Positions 34,859 through 46,849 of a DNA stretch of 64,000 bases are shown in pieces (position 1 is the first letter of the stretch; every line of letters begins with the position of its first letter). The DNA is taken from the NCBI GenBank assembly GCA_035285545.1, contig JAYKGY010000129.1, positions 15,047-79,046 of the forward strand, in the 5' to 3' direction. The translations under genes and the position numbers were made by a program. The notes under the pieces were generated by a model. It saw only the letters and a program-made list of their open reading frames with translations, was not told the DNA's origin and did no database searches. The DNA is from Snowella sp. GTDB taxonomy: Bacteria; Cyanobacteriota; Cyanobacteriia; Cyanobacteriales; Microcystaceae.

Positions 34859-35809
34859 ATGGTAGAGTTTCCAATTCAGCAGGGATTATTTAGGTACGAT
34901 GTCACCGATCACCACGCGATTTTAGGGGCACCCATCGATGTCAGTGTCCAAGAAATTCGTCAGCGATATTTAAAAATTGCCTATCTGCTCCATCCGGATA
35001 CGACGAAATTTAAAACGGAAGCAGAAAAGAAGCGAGCCATCAAACTCTTCTCTAAGCTCGTTAATCCTGCCTATGAAATTTTATTTAAAGAAGCGAGTCG
35101 AAATGAGCAACTATTAGTGATTTCCCAAATTGCTCAGAGTCTCTCTCCCGACAAAGATAAAATTACTCTCGCTAATGAAGATTCTCAAAAATTATTTTCT
35201 GCCACTCAAAATTTAGATTTAGTTTATCGCCAGCTATTGCATCCGTTAGTTAACGACCTCTACAGTGATTTAAATACGGTATTCGCTAAAATTGCTTGTA
35301 TTAGTGAATTAAATCTAATTTACTTAATTATGAAGTCAGGGCAAGCGATCGCGCCCAAAACACAAACCCTAACACCGACCGTAATAGCTCGTTCTAAAAC
35401 GGATACAACCGTTAGATCCTCAACGGTTACCACTCCTCCCCCCACAGAAACCCCGAAAAAAGAACCTTCCGTCAAACTGTCGCCCCAAGAACAGTATTAT
35501 CGGCGGGCCAAAGAACAATATGACCGCGAAAATTATAACGAAGCGATCGCCGAATTACGGGAAGTTTTAAAAATCGACCCTAAAGACAGTCGGGCCCACT
35601 GTTTACTGGGTTTATCGTACCTGAAAAATAATATGGCAACCATGGCCAAGGTTCACATTAATACTGCCTTTGAACTGACTCCGCAAGATCCGACCATTCT
35701 TTTAGCCAAACGGGAATTAGATAAAGTGATCCCACCTGAGAAACAGACGGATAGTGGCAAATCCAAAGGGGGATTATTTGGCGGCTTATTTGGGAACAAG
35801 AAAAAGTAA
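34859..35809 (+). CDS. J-domain protein with C-terminal TPR
   Basis: HAILG..IRQRY..LHPD J domain, T/P-rich linker, TPR pair. Confidence 0.88.
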   Translation: MVEFPIQQGLFRYDVTDHHAILGAPIDVSVQEIRQRYLKIAYLLHPDTTKFKTEAEKKRAIKLFSKLVNPAYEILFKEASRNEQLLVISQIAQSLSPDKDKITLANEDSQKLFSATQNLDLVYRQLLHPLVNDLYSDLNTVFAKIACISELNLIYLIMKSGQAIAPKTQTLTPTVIARSKTDTTVRSSTVTTPPPTETPKKEPSVKLSPQEQYYRRAKEQYDRENYNEAIAELREVLKIDPKDSRAHCLLGLSYLKNNMATMAKVHINTAFELTPQDPTILLAKRELDKVIPPEKQTDSGKSKGGLFGGLFGNKKK

Positions 35810-35853
35810 AATAGGAAAGCTTATCGCGCTGACTTTATTTTTTGACCTCCGTT

Positions 35854-37068
35854 ATGATTCATCAACCGCCTGCTGGAGCTAGGGATCTGTTACCCGTTGA
35901 AGTCGCTCAGAAAGCTTGGATTAATGATCGCTTACAGAATATTTTTCAACGCTGGGGTTATCGGCGTATTGTAACTTCTACCCTAGAGTGGCTCGATACC
36001 CTAGTGGCAGGAGGCGCGATCGAACCGTCAACGGTGATCCAACTTCAAGATAGTTCAGCAGGCTCGCTAGGACTCCGCCCCGAATTAACCGCATCCATTG
36101 CGCGGGCCGCTGTCACTCGGATGACGGAAGATATTTATCCCCAACGGCTTTGTTATCGGGCTAATGTTTTTCGTAAACCGCCTACGGGTTATCACGGTCG
36201 GCAACTGGAATTTTATCAAGCGGGTGTGGAATTGCTCTTTGTCGGTGGAGTTATGGCCGATGCCGAGATGTTGCTGTTGATGGCCGATGGGCTAAAAAGT
36301 TTAGGAATTCCCCAGTGGCAAGTGATTTTAGGAGAAGCAGGATTAACGCGATCGCTGTTATCTCGATTTCCTGAAGTATTACAACAACAAGTACGAGAAT
36401 GCTTGATTCAGTTAGATTACGTTAAACTCGAAAATTTAGATTACCCTTCACCCGAATTAAAAGCTTGGGCTTTGCAGTTATTTGATTTACGGGGCGATGC
36501 TGAACAAGTGTTACAAACCCTGGCTAGTTTCGAGCTAGATAGCGCGAGTCAAGAACGGGTGCAAAATTTAAAAGCCTTAGTCAACGTCATTCAGCAGTGT
36601 AACGAAAATATTCCCTTAATTTTAGACCTGAGTTGGCTACAACCCTTTGATTACTACACAGGCATTGCCTTTCAAGCGGTTGGCATCCAAGGAAATCAAT
36701 CCCATATTTTAGGCCAAGGCGGACGCTACGATCAGTTATTAGGGTTATATCATCCCCAGAAAAAATCCTTACCTGGCGTGGGTTTTTCCCTCAACATCGA
36801 AGAATTACACGCTTGTTTGCTGCCGACGGAACATTTACCCAAAACGACCCCCTTAATCGATTGTCTCGTTATTGCCTTAACCCCTGAGCATCAAGCAGCC
36901 GCTTTCCGTTATGCCCAATCCTTACGTCAGTCCGATCCCAAATTACGAGTTGAGTTAGATTTAGGCGATCGCGCAATGGATGAGATTCGGGATTACGCCC
37001 GCAATAATCAAATTCGTCAGTTAGCCTGGGTTGGCGCAAAGGGAGAGGTTAAAATTGAAACAATTTAA
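35854..37068 (+). CDS. hisZ: ATP phosphoribosyltransferase regulatory subunit
   Basis: QPPAGARDLLP, LRPELTASIAR, EFYQAGVEL, GGRYDQL HisRS-like fold. Confidence 0.95.
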   Translation: MIHQPPAGARDLLPVEVAQKAWINDRLQNIFQRWGYRRIVTSTLEWLDTLVAGGAIEPSTVIQLQDSSAGSLGLRPELTASIARAAVTRMTEDIYPQRLCYRANVFRKPPTGYHGRQLEFYQAGVELLFVGGVMADAEMLLLMADGLKSLGIPQWQVILGEAGLTRSLLSRFPEVLQQQVRECLIQLDYVKLENLDYPSPELKAWALQLFDLRGDAEQVLQTLASFELDSASQERVQNLKALVNVIQQCNENIPLILDLSWLQPFDYYTGIAFQAVGIQGNQSHILGQGGRYDQLLGLYHPQKKSLPGVGFSLNIEELHACLLPTEHLPKTTPLIDCLVIALTPEHQAAAFRYAQSLRQSDPKLRVELDLGDRAMDEIRDYARNNQIRQLAWVGAKGEVKIETI

Positions 37069-37072
37069 ATTT

Positions 37073-37855
37073 TTACCAAAAGGAAAAATCTGATTGAAAT
37101 TGGTTTAAAGATAATAATTTAATCTGAGAATTATTTTTAATCGAATCTCTTATTGCTTGAGTGTTATAACCCCAATCAGCAAGATATAAACCCATCGAAT
37201 TTAAATCAGTTTGCTTGACAATTAATTGTAACGTTTTTAATAAATCTTCAACAAACCACAATTGTTCAGGTTCAATTTTATAACGATTTAAAAGCTGGTG
37301 CAGGGTTTCATATTTAGGTTGTTTAACTTCTTTACCTAAAATAAATTGACTATCAATTAATAGCCCTTGTTCATGGAGTAATCGCTCAATAAATCGGCCT
37401 TCTTTCGTACTAATAATGTAGAGCTTAATCTCAGAATTAAGAATTTGCTGTAAACGCTTAATTACACCAGGATAAAAACGATGCAATCCCAGCCAACTGT
37501 CTAAATCCTGATTGATCCACTCATCTCTGACGTGATCTAGCTGCTGCATGATGAATTTTTTATCAACGCGATCGCAGCTAATAATTTCTGCTAAAACCTC
37601 AGCCCAATGGTTCAAAATTCTAGGTTCAGAAATACCTAAAACTAAAGCTCGGAGCAACACAGGCATTTCCCAACCCGTTTCAATCACAGGTCTAAGTCGA
37701 TAAAATTGATCGGCAAATTTTTCCAAATTACTATTCGTTTCATCTTGCCAAATGGTGTGATACGTTCGCTGGGTTGTTTGAAAATACTCCAGCAATCCAT
37801 CACAAATGACCCCATCAAAATCTAATGCTAAAATTTTTGGAGAAACCTGACCCAT
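37073..37855 (-). CDS. HAD-family hydrolase
   Basis: ALDFDGVICD, FVED, LADWGY. Confidence 0.88.
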   Translation of the reverse strand: MGQVSPKILALDFDGVICDGLLEYFQTTQRTYHTIWQDETNSNLEKFADQFYRLRPVIETGWEMPVLLRALVLGISEPRILNHWAEVLAEIISCDRVDKKFIMQQLDHVRDEWINQDLDSWLGLHRFYPGVIKRLQQILNSEIKLYIISTKEGRFIERLLHEQGLLIDSQFILGKEVKQPKYETLHQLLNRYKIEPEQLWFVEDLLKTLQLIVKQTDLNSMGLYLADWGYNTQAIRDSIKNNSQIKLLSLNQFQSDFSFW

Positions 37856-37873
37856 GATGATTTTTCCTAATGT

Positions 37874-38653
37874 TTAATTTCCGATAAATTTTTGCCAAGC
37901 TTGCCAAAAGGTATAAATCGATAAAATCGCTAACAATAGATTAAAGCAAAAACTAACAAACTGTTCTGGTAATTTGGGCAAATAGCGAGTGCTAACCTGG
38001 GCACCAATTAACCCCCCAATGCCTAAAATTAAACCGACGGTAAACAAGACATTTCCTTTAAAGGCGTGACCCACTGTTGCCGCGATCGCCGTAATCACAA
38101 TGACCCCTAAACTGGTCTGAATAGCCACTTTGATTTGTTCTCCCAGTAACAACATTTGTAAGGGAACCATGATTACACCGCCTCCCACGCCAAATAATCC
38201 CGCCAATAACCCTGCGGCGGCTCCTGTCCCTAAACGCGCTACCATCGGATTAACATTGATGGGGTTAGCATCAGATTGCTGACGTTCTAAATTTTTTCGT
38301 AAGCGGACTAAAAAGATATTGATAATTAACAAGAATCCAAAGGCTATTAACAATAAAGAAGATGAAAATTGACTCGCTAAATATACCCCTAATTGGGCAG
38401 TCACTAAAGCAGGAAATCCAATAGAAAATACCCGATTAAAATCCAAATATCCCATGCGCCAATTTTGAATACTGCCCGAAATTGAAGTTAAAACAATGGC
38501 TAAACTACTAGTTGCTACAGCCTGCACAGGGGTGTACTGTAAGGTCACTAAAATAGGAACTAAAACGGTTCCGCCCCCAATCCCTAATAAACCTGCTAAT
38601 AGTCCTGATATTAAGCCTCCCAAGGTTAAAAAAATCCATTGATTTTCTATCAT
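37874..38653 (-). CDS. TauE/SafE (TSUP) family transporter
   Basis: Duplicated GLLAGLxGxGGG motifs, about 8 TM helices. Confidence 0.9.
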   Translation of the reverse strand: MIENQWIFLTLGGLISGLLAGLLGIGGGTVLVPILVTLQYTPVQAVATSSLAIVLTSISGSIQNWRMGYLDFNRVFSIGFPALVTAQLGVYLASQFSSSLLLIAFGFLLIINIFLVRLRKNLERQQSDANPINVNPMVARLGTGAAAGLLAGLFGVGGGVIMVPLQMLLLGEQIKVAIQTSLGVIVITAIAATVGHAFKGNVLFTVGLILGIGGLIGAQVSTRYLPKLPEQFVSFCFNLLLAILSIYTFWQAWQKFIGN

Positions 38654-38772
38654 TATTTTTAGCTAAATTTAAAAAACAGAAAAAACTTATTTATCCAGCC
38701 CTTGTCGAATGGCTCAATTAATGTTAACACTTAATATAATGATAAAAATTTGAAATAACGCTATTTAAAATT

Positions 38773-38976
38773 ATGGGAGACTTTTTAGATAACGTGGGTC
38801 GCTATCCCCGTTACATGATTAGCTTAATTTTAGGAATCTTCTTTGCGTTTTTTACCTGGTTAAAACCCTTTTTTAAAAATCCAGTAACGGCCGTTGCTCT
38901 CGTCGGTATCCTTGCAGGCGGATTTCTCTTTCTCTTTTTTACCCTGCGGGCTATGTTAGGATTAACAACAGTATAG
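38773..38976 (+). CDS. DUF751 / Ycf33-like membrane protein
   Basis: FLDNVGRYPRY...TLRAMLG. Conserved neighbour of rbfA. Confidence 0.85.
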   Translation: MGDFLDNVGRYPRYMISLILGIFFAFFTWLKPFFKNPVTAVALVGILAGGFLFLFFTLRAMLGLTTV

Positions 38977-39033
38977 AAATGTGATTGCAGTTCACAAATC
39001 TAAGGGCAAGAGCTTCAACAGGGGGCAAAATTC

Positions 39034-39456
39034 ATGGCTACTAATCGGCGCGTTTCTCGGATCTCTTCACTGATTAAGCGTGAAGTTAGCCAAATGTTGC
39101 TCTACGACATCAAGGACGATCGCGTAGGGGCAGGCATGGTCAGTGTCACTGATGTGGAAGTGTCGGGCGATTTGCAGCACGCCAAAGTCTTTGTCAGTAT
39201 CTATGGCACCAATGCAGCGAAAGAAGAAACCATGCAAGGTTTGCGCTCCTCTGCGGGATTTGTGCGTCGAGAATTAGGGCAACGGGTACGTCTGCGGCGG
39301 ACTCCAGAGGTTGTTTTCTTAGAAGATACTTCCATTGAACGAGGCGATCGCGTTTTGAATTTGCTGAATGAGATAGAAATTAAGGAACCCGAAAATTTAC
39401 CTGAAATTAATGATATAGACAATACTTTTGATGAAGACTTAGAAGAAGATATTTAA
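39034..39456 (+). CDS. rbfA: Ribosome-binding factor A
   Basis: [33 protein letters not shown]. Confidence 0.97.
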   Translation: MATNRRVSRISSLIKREVSQMLLYDIKDDRVGAGMVSVTDVEVSGDLQHAKVFVSIYGTNAAKEETMQGLRSSAGFVRRELGQRVRLRRTPEVVFLEDTSIERGDRVLNLLNEIEIKEPENLPEINDIDNTFDEDLEEDI

Positions 39457-39632
39457 GCAATATCGGCTTCTACTTGAGCAATGATGTGATCTAATTTGCC
39501 TGAAATTAAATCATTTTCTAATTGCTTATCCCAGAGGTTATTAAGATATTCTTGCAACCACTGTACTAAATCACGCACTTCATTTTCTGGTAATTGTTTA
39601 ATGGCAGATTCGACTTCTAATCGCGTTGTCAT
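39453..39632 (-). CDS. 59-aa antitoxin-like small protein (orphan, possibly C-terminally shortened)
   Basis: Not in the ORF track. [59 protein letters not shown]; WDxQxExD..GKLD pattern. Stop overlaps the rbfA stop. Confidence 0.7.
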   Translation of the reverse strand: MTTRLEVESAIKQLPENEVRDLVQWLQEYLNNLWDKQLENDLISGKLDHIIAQVEADIA

Positions 39633-39733
39633 AAGTTTTTTGGAGTTGAAGGAATAACTTTATTTTATGGTGAATTACCGACAGCGATCGCGGGCTAAAT
39701 TTTCTTAAAAAATCAGTGAGAAAGTCAACAATT

Positions 39734-40864
39734 TTAAGCAGCAAGATAAGAATTGATGCCTAAAACCGATTGATAATAATTTTCTAGTTGTTTGGTTGCC
39801 GCACTCCAGCCCCAGCGTTCTGCCTCTTGGCGGGCATTTTGACGTAACTGTTCTCGCTCTTCGGTTGCCGCTAATAGACGTTGAGTAGCAGTGACGGCTC
39901 CTCGATTATCGGTAGGATCAAATAAATAGCCATTGACCCCATCAGTCACAATATCAGGAATTCCACCTGATCGCGCCGCGACTACTGGACATCCTGCGGC
40001 CATCGCTTCTAATAACACTAATCCCAGGGTTTCAGTCCGAGAGGGAAAAACAAAGGCATCAGCGGAGGCAAAGGCAGAGGCTAACTCTAATCCCTGTAAA
40101 TAACCGACAAAATGGGTATTCGTGCCTGCAAAATGAGTTTCCATTGCTTCTCGGTGTGGCCCATCTCCCACGATCGCTAAACGGGCATCAGGAATCGCTT
40201 CTAAAACGGGCTTAATTTCATCAATCTGTTTTTCAGCAGAAACTCGTCCCACATACAGCAATAACGGTGCATCGGGATGGCCTTGGGAAAGGCGCGATCG
40301 CATTTGTTGAGATGCTAAATGAGGTTGAAACATTTCCGTATCCACACCCCGTTGCCAGAGATCAACCCGTTCAATGCCATGTTCTACGAGAGCATCTACC
40401 ATTGCCGTCGAAGTACACAGATTTAACTGAGCCTGGTTATGGGCTAATTTCAACAATTCCCACAGTAACCCTTCTAAGGCTCCTAATCCGTAATGCTGGA
40501 GATATTGGGGTAAATGGGTGTGATAGGAAGCAACTAAGGGGATATTAAGCGTTTTTGCGTAATAAATCCCTCCTAGCCCTAATACCGCAGGATTCACCAC
40601 ATGAATGAGATCAGGTTTGAACTTTTCTAAAACCCGTTTTAAAGTCGGGCGAGGAACGGCTAATTTGAGTTCAGGATAAAGCGGCAAAGGAATACCCGAA
40701 ACACCATAAATTTTTGCCCCTTTATATTCTTTTAGTCCGCCTTCAGGAGAAAAAACTAAGACTTGATGGCCATTGCGTTGTAGATGTTCAACGGTATGCT
40801 TTAATCGAGTGACAATACCATCAATTTTAGGCAAAAAGGTTTCGGTAAAAAGCGCAATTTTCAT
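39734..40864 (-). CDS. sqdX: Sulfoquinovosyltransferase
   Basis: MKIALFTETFLPKIDGIVTRL GT4 protein directly downstream of sqdB. Confidence 0.93.
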   Translation of the reverse strand: MKIALFTETFLPKIDGIVTRLKHTVEHLQRNGHQVLVFSPEGGLKEYKGAKIYGVSGIPLPLYPELKLAVPRPTLKRVLEKFKPDLIHVVNPAVLGLGGIYYAKTLNIPLVASYHTHLPQYLQHYGLGALEGLLWELLKLAHNQAQLNLCTSTAMVDALVEHGIERVDLWQRGVDTEMFQPHLASQQMRSRLSQGHPDAPLLLYVGRVSAEKQIDEIKPVLEAIPDARLAIVGDGPHREAMETHFAGTNTHFVGYLQGLELASAFASADAFVFPSRTETLGLVLLEAMAAGCPVVAARSGGIPDIVTDGVNGYLFDPTDNRGAVTATQRLLAATEEREQLRQNARQEAERWGWSAATKQLENYYQSVLGINSYLAA

Positions 40865-40906
40865 TAGTTAATAATGAATAGTTAATAGTTAATAGTTATT
40901 AATGAA
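40865..40906. repeat. Heptamer tandem repeat (STRR-like), 6 units
   Basis: TAGTTAA TAATGAA TAGTTAA TAGTTAA TAGTTAT TAATGAA abutting the sqdX start codon. Confidence 0.75.
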
Positions 40907-41000
40907 AAATTACAATAAATTTATAAAATAATCCCCCTAAAAATATGAATTTGGAAGGGGGAAATGACAGCATAAATCAGCGATCGCGCTAGGTTATAAC

Positions 41001-42173
<1,173 letters not shown>

Positions 42174-42407
42174 TTACTGATATTACACAATGTATCAGGT
42201 CTGGGGACTTCCGATAACATTAATATCATTAATATTGAGACAATTAAGGACAGGGGCTAGGCTAGGCCTGAGCTTGTGGTATTCCTTAATTGGGAGTTAA
42301 TCATTCCTTAAGAAATAATAGAAATTCTTAAGCCATGCTTAATAGGAATTACACCTTTTGATGGATGAAAACTCAGCCCCTAGTTCATATTTTTGCCAAG
42401 CACAACA

Positions 42408-44033
42408 TCAATCTTCCCACGGTATTGTGAGGCGTAAAGTGCCAATATTGAGGTCTTTCGCATCTAAGAATTGAGTTTCAAAAACGGCCAAAATATCTGT
42501 CGGTTTAGGTTTGCCCCGTGAACTTCCGGTTACGCCCATGGCAATGATGACACTACAGTAACCCTGGGTTTGTTGGCAACGAGTATTCCATTTTTGACGG
42601 GCTTTTTTATGAACGGCATCATCCGCGAGAAATTCTCCAAAGAGATGAAGTTTAGAGGCTTCGGTTTGAATAATTCCCAAATCATATTCATCATCTGACC
42701 AGGGATCTTCCCCTGGGTTGAAACAAATTCCTTTAATCCCGCCTTCTGACCGTAATATATCGATCATTTCTTTCGCTTTTGGGCGTGTTGTTTGAATAAC
42801 GATCGCGGGCAGACCATCCCCCTTTTGGGGCGCTTCTTTGATCGGATATTCCGTCTTAGGTTGGCTTCGTAAAAGCGTGATCGACTCCCAAGGAATCATC
42901 CCCAGACTCAGAAAAGCCTTATCAGGGACAAAATCACTATTGAGTTCAAAATCATCCTCCTCGTCCTCATCCTCTTCTTCCTCTGCCATCATGTCTAAAA
43001 AGGATTGGGTTAAATCAGGCATGGTATAAACCGTGGCAGCAACCTTCGCTTTTTTCCCGGATTCCGTAACGCTAGAAATTTGATACCGTTTTCGAGCGGC
43101 GGTCACCGGATCTTGAGCAAGTTGTTTAGGATGATCGACGATGAAACGGATAAAGGCTTGCAGCGCATAGTAAATGATTTGGGCTTCATCCTCATCTAAG
43201 AAAGGACGGATACCTTCTAAGGGATGAATACTGCCAAATAGAGCTTCTACTTCATCGGAGGGCAAGTCTTCTAAATCCAATATCTCATCGTCAAATTCAT
43301 CTTCGTCTAGGGCTTTATAATTCAAAAACCAACAATCTTGTGATAAAAAGACCGTTTCCAACTGGTCTGCCGATTTTTCAGATAAGATCGCCTGCCGAAA
43401 TTGGTTTAGGGAGTCGAGGGAACGATAAAGAATCACGCCATATTCTTGACCGAGCATACCCATAATGCAGGCATAAATGGGGGGCGTTTCCAGATCCTCT
43501 AGTTCAATGGCAATAATGTCGTGATCGGCTAATAGGTTCCAAGGGGCTACATCCCACAGGGCAACGCTGGTTTGCTTGAGTAAGGGTTCATAAAAAGACG
43601 GAATGGCAGGGGGCTTGCTCTTGCTCATGGATTCAAAACTACGGAACAGTTCGTCAATGAGCGGCAATTCAGGCACATAATCAATATTGATGTCTAAGCT
43701 CTGTAAGGCTCCCCGCAGAAAGAATTGAATTTCTCGGTTACGAACGACAATTTTTTGGGGACGAGCGGGTTTCGCGGGACTATGGGGCGTTTCGATGGCA
43801 CGCAGGAGGGTACGCACAACGGCTTCAATTCCCATTTGCGGAGACACAATATCCATGGAACGGACAAAGCCTTCTGATCCATCTACCCAGAGAATACAAT
43901 CGCCTTTGCTGTCAATTTCATCTTCTTCTACTCCTCTTAATCCACTCAAGGGTCGGCGATCGCCTTCCCAAACACTCGGAATTTGAGGGATTTTTTTGAG
44001 ACGTTGTTCGGTTGAGGAGGAAAGAGCACTCAT
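42408..44033 (-). CDS. Conserved cyanobacterial acidic hypothetical protein (DUF6930-like)
   Basis: WEGDRR, CILWVDGS.G.VR, MGMLGQEYG...YRS motifs; acidic tracts. Confidence 0.75.
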   Translation of the reverse strand: MSALSSSTEQRLKKIPQIPSVWEGDRRPLSGLRGVEEDEIDSKGDCILWVDGSEGFVRSMDIVSPQMGIEAVVRTLLRAIETPHSPAKPARPQKIVVRNREIQFFLRGALQSLDINIDYVPELPLIDELFRSFESMSKSKPPAIPSFYEPLLKQTSVALWDVAPWNLLADHDIIAIELEDLETPPIYACIMGMLGQEYGVILYRSLDSLNQFRQAILSEKSADQLETVFLSQDCWFLNYKALDEDEFDDEILDLEDLPSDEVEALFGSIHPLEGIRPFLDEDEAQIIYYALQAFIRFIVDHPKQLAQDPVTAARKRYQISSVTESGKKAKVAATVYTMPDLTQSFLDMMAEEEEDEDEEDDFELNSDFVPDKAFLSLGMIPWESITLLRSQPKTEYPIKEAPQKGDGLPAIVIQTTRPKAKEMIDILRSEGGIKGICFNPGEDPWSDDEYDLGIIQTEASKLHLFGEFLADDAVHKKARQKWNTRCQQTQGYCSVIIAMGVTGSSRGKPKPTDILAVFETQFLDAKDLNIGTLRLTIPWED

Positions 44034-44224
44034 AAACTAAAAAATAAAAATAATTTCAAAAATAGCAACGGAAATACCGATCTTAAAACAGGCTTAAAAA
44101 TTTTTAAACTTTTACGCCAGAAAAAGTCTAGGTGAAGGGATAGAACGATCCTGAGCAGAGGGTCTAATAGGGGCAAATTTGATAAGCATTCAATGTCTCA
44201 GCCTAAGGTTATTCTAACGATTTA

Positions 44225-46420
44225 CTAAATAATTTGATAAATAAAATTTAAAGTAGCCCAAGATTTCATCTCTAAACAATAAAAATCACTCGTATTGTTA
44301 TTCATCGTACTAGACATGGCTCGATTACTGTGCAAATCCGCTAAAAGAGATTGGGCTACGAGGAGGGGATTTTTAATTTCCACAATTTGAGCCAGTTGTT
44401 CATTGCCATTGGAGGATAGGGCGTTGGGCTGATTCGCCCCTAAGACTTGCCGAGTTTGGGTGAACGGATTCACCGAAGCAATGACTCGGATTTGGGCCAA
44501 TCCGCTATTTCCAGACACCCGCCAACTAACGGTGGTATTGACTCCAGGAATATGCTGGGTTTGGTTGGGTGCGAGGGGATTGACGGGGTTAGGGGAGTAC
44601 CAGGCGATCGCTTTCCCGTTGGCATCAATTCCCATAATGAGGATATAAATCGGCTGGTCGCTGGAATTTCCTAGTTGGTAGTGGAGGTTACTCCCTTTGG
44701 CAACGGTTGCGATTCCCGCTGTTTCTAGGCTATTGGCTATCGATAATGGGGGCGTGATGAGGCTAGCCGGATTACCTAGATAGCGAGCGGTGGCGTGTTC
44801 AAGGATGGGTAAGGTTTTGGTGCCCTGCCCAACGCTTAAGGTTGCTTTAAATCCGAGTCTGGAGCTTTGTTCATTCTCCGTTAAATTCCAATATTTTATC
44901 GCCAATAGTTGGTCTAATTTAGGGGTAAACTGCGCGATCGCCGACTTAATGGCTGCAGTACTGCCTTCTCCCGCCCGGAAGAGTAAATTCCCCCCTTCGG
45001 TAAAGAGGGCGTAGCTTCCTGCTTGTTTGCCTAAAACACAATCTGCGGGGTGTTCTCCGGCATTGATTACTTCTGTCACATTGGCGATCGCCGCAAAGGC
45101 ACTGGTCGCATCGACCCGTTCAATGCGGTCAAGTTGTTGATCCAAGGCAATGATTAACCCTAAATGGCGGGGAATGGCTCGAATCACTTCCTGAAGTAAC
45201 TCCCCGGCTTGAATTTTACTGTCGGGAGTCAAGCGCGTGGCTTGCGCCTTAAGTCCCGTTCGTTCAGTCACTTGAATCAGGGTTTCAGGCAGATCGGTTT
45301 CTTGCTTCTGGGAAATCACTTGAAAACAGGAATTGATTAGCCCATGCTGGAGAACGAGGGGCGATAATCCCGTCAGGTTGATCGTAATGGCAAGGGTATT
45401 GGCCCCTTCCTCCACCGAATCCACCTTAGCTTCAGCCCCAAAAACGGGGTGAGGAGTATCCCCATACACCACGGTTGAGGTCTTATTTCCGTATTGGCTT
45501 TGGAGGGGGGACTGATTTATTAAGGGCGCGATCGCTTCATTTATCCGATGTAAAGCGGTAATAACTCGAATGGGCGGGGTAACTTCCCACAGATATTGGG
45601 TCAAAGAATAGGTTAACAGCCCTGCACTAAAGCCATGACCCTCGAATTCAACGGCGATCTGTTCCGGTTCAGTGGCAGTAATGATCACCCCTGGCGGATT
45701 GGCACGAGTAAGTTTTCCCTTATCTTTTGCCGATGCCAATAGTTGGGACTGAAAGGCAACTTCTGCGGCACTGGGAGACTCTCCGGGTAAAGCACTAGAG
45801 CGAATGCGGAAATTTCCCTGTAAGCTCTGGGCGGGCCAATAATAACTACTATCAAAAATCATGGTGATTTTATCTGTCGCCAGCGATCGCGCTAATAAAA
45901 ACAAGGTTTCTCGCCACAGATCCTGGCGATGATTGTCGCTATCAAGCCCGTCACTCGGTAAAATCCCCCAATCTGCTGCTTGAGTATGGGAATTTTTCTC
46001 AGAAGCGGGATAAATCCGACTACTATAGCCACTAAAGTGAAAAACAACCCCATCCCCGGCCTGGGCCTGTTGGATTAAATGTTCCACAAAGGCTGTTTCA
46101 ATTTGGTCACGGGTTGCTTGGGCATCCGTTAAGGTCACAATATCCTCAGACTGAAAACCATAACGTCCGATAAGTAACTCTTTTTGTAATTCCACATCCG
46201 TTACACACCCCGCTAAGTTTGCCAAAGTCCCATCAGAACGAGGAGTCAAGGGCGTGTACTGATTAATTCCTACTAACAGGGCTAATTTTCGGGAAGTTGT
46301 CGCGGCGAAAGCTGACTGGTGACGAGTCCATTGGCGAAATGTCGGTATTCCCCCCCAGAGTTTAGGGCCAATCCCTAACATCATTAAGCCTTGTAAAAAT
46401 TTGCGTCGCTCCAGTTTCAT
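44225..46420 (-). CDS. Caspase-family (C14) pseudo-orthocaspase with Tat-like signal and C-terminal DUF4384-like domain
   Basis: RKLALLVGINQY, L.GCVTDVE. FHFSGYS replaces the catalytic His and IFDSSY the catalytic Cys. N-terminal RRKFL. Confidence 0.88.
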   Translation of the reverse strand: MKLERRKFLQGLMMLGIGPKLWGGIPTFRQWTRHQSAFAATTSRKLALLVGINQYTPLTPRSDGTLANLAGCVTDVELQKELLIGRYGFQSEDIVTLTDAQATRDQIETAFVEHLIQQAQAGDGVVFHFSGYSSRIYPASEKNSHTQAADWGILPSDGLDSDNHRQDLWRETLFLLARSLATDKITMIFDSSYYWPAQSLQGNFRIRSSALPGESPSAAEVAFQSQLLASAKDKGKLTRANPPGVIITATEPEQIAVEFEGHGFSAGLLTYSLTQYLWEVTPPIRVITALHRINEAIAPLINQSPLQSQYGNKTSTVVYGDTPHPVFGAEAKVDSVEEGANTLAITINLTGLSPLVLQHGLINSCFQVISQKQETDLPETLIQVTERTGLKAQATRLTPDSKIQAGELLQEVIRAIPRHLGLIIALDQQLDRIERVDATSAFAAIANVTEVINAGEHPADCVLGKQAGSYALFTEGGNLLFRAGEGSTAAIKSAIAQFTPKLDQLLAIKYWNLTENEQSSRLGFKATLSVGQGTKTLPILEHATARYLGNPASLITPPLSIANSLETAGIATVAKGSNLHYQLGNSSDQPIYILIMGIDANGKAIAWYSPNPVNPLAPNQTQHIPGVNTTVSWRVSGNSGLAQIRVIASVNPFTQTRQVLGANQPNALSSNGNEQLAQIVEIKNPLLVAQSLLADLHSNRAMSSTMNNNTSDFYCLEMKSWATLNFIYQII

Positions 46421-46849
46421 TGTTGTTTCCTGAGAGGTGAGAAATGATTTACCTTAAGTCTGTAAAACTGAGAAATTTATCCATTCTTTTTCTAATTTTA
46501 GTTTATTGGCAACTGTTCCTGTCTAACCCCAAGATTTTTTTGTACTCAGTAATTAAACGCTCTTAACTCATTTATTTCTTCAACATGCTCACTATTTCAA
46601 CCCTCAAAAGTCGCAATCTATTCCATGAGTTCCGTAAATTTTGTCTTATTTAAGGATAGGGAAATCAGGAGGAAATACTCAAAATCCTAAAAGATCAGTA
46701 AGAATTAAATTAAACGGAGGGTTTCATGATACACAATACAAAAAATCGCAAAAATTTAACCGTAAATTACAACGGACGAGAAGCTCATTCCAGATTGGAT
46801 AGGGAATTCTAACTTCCAGTTCGTTACTTGAAATAATTGAAACCCGTGA

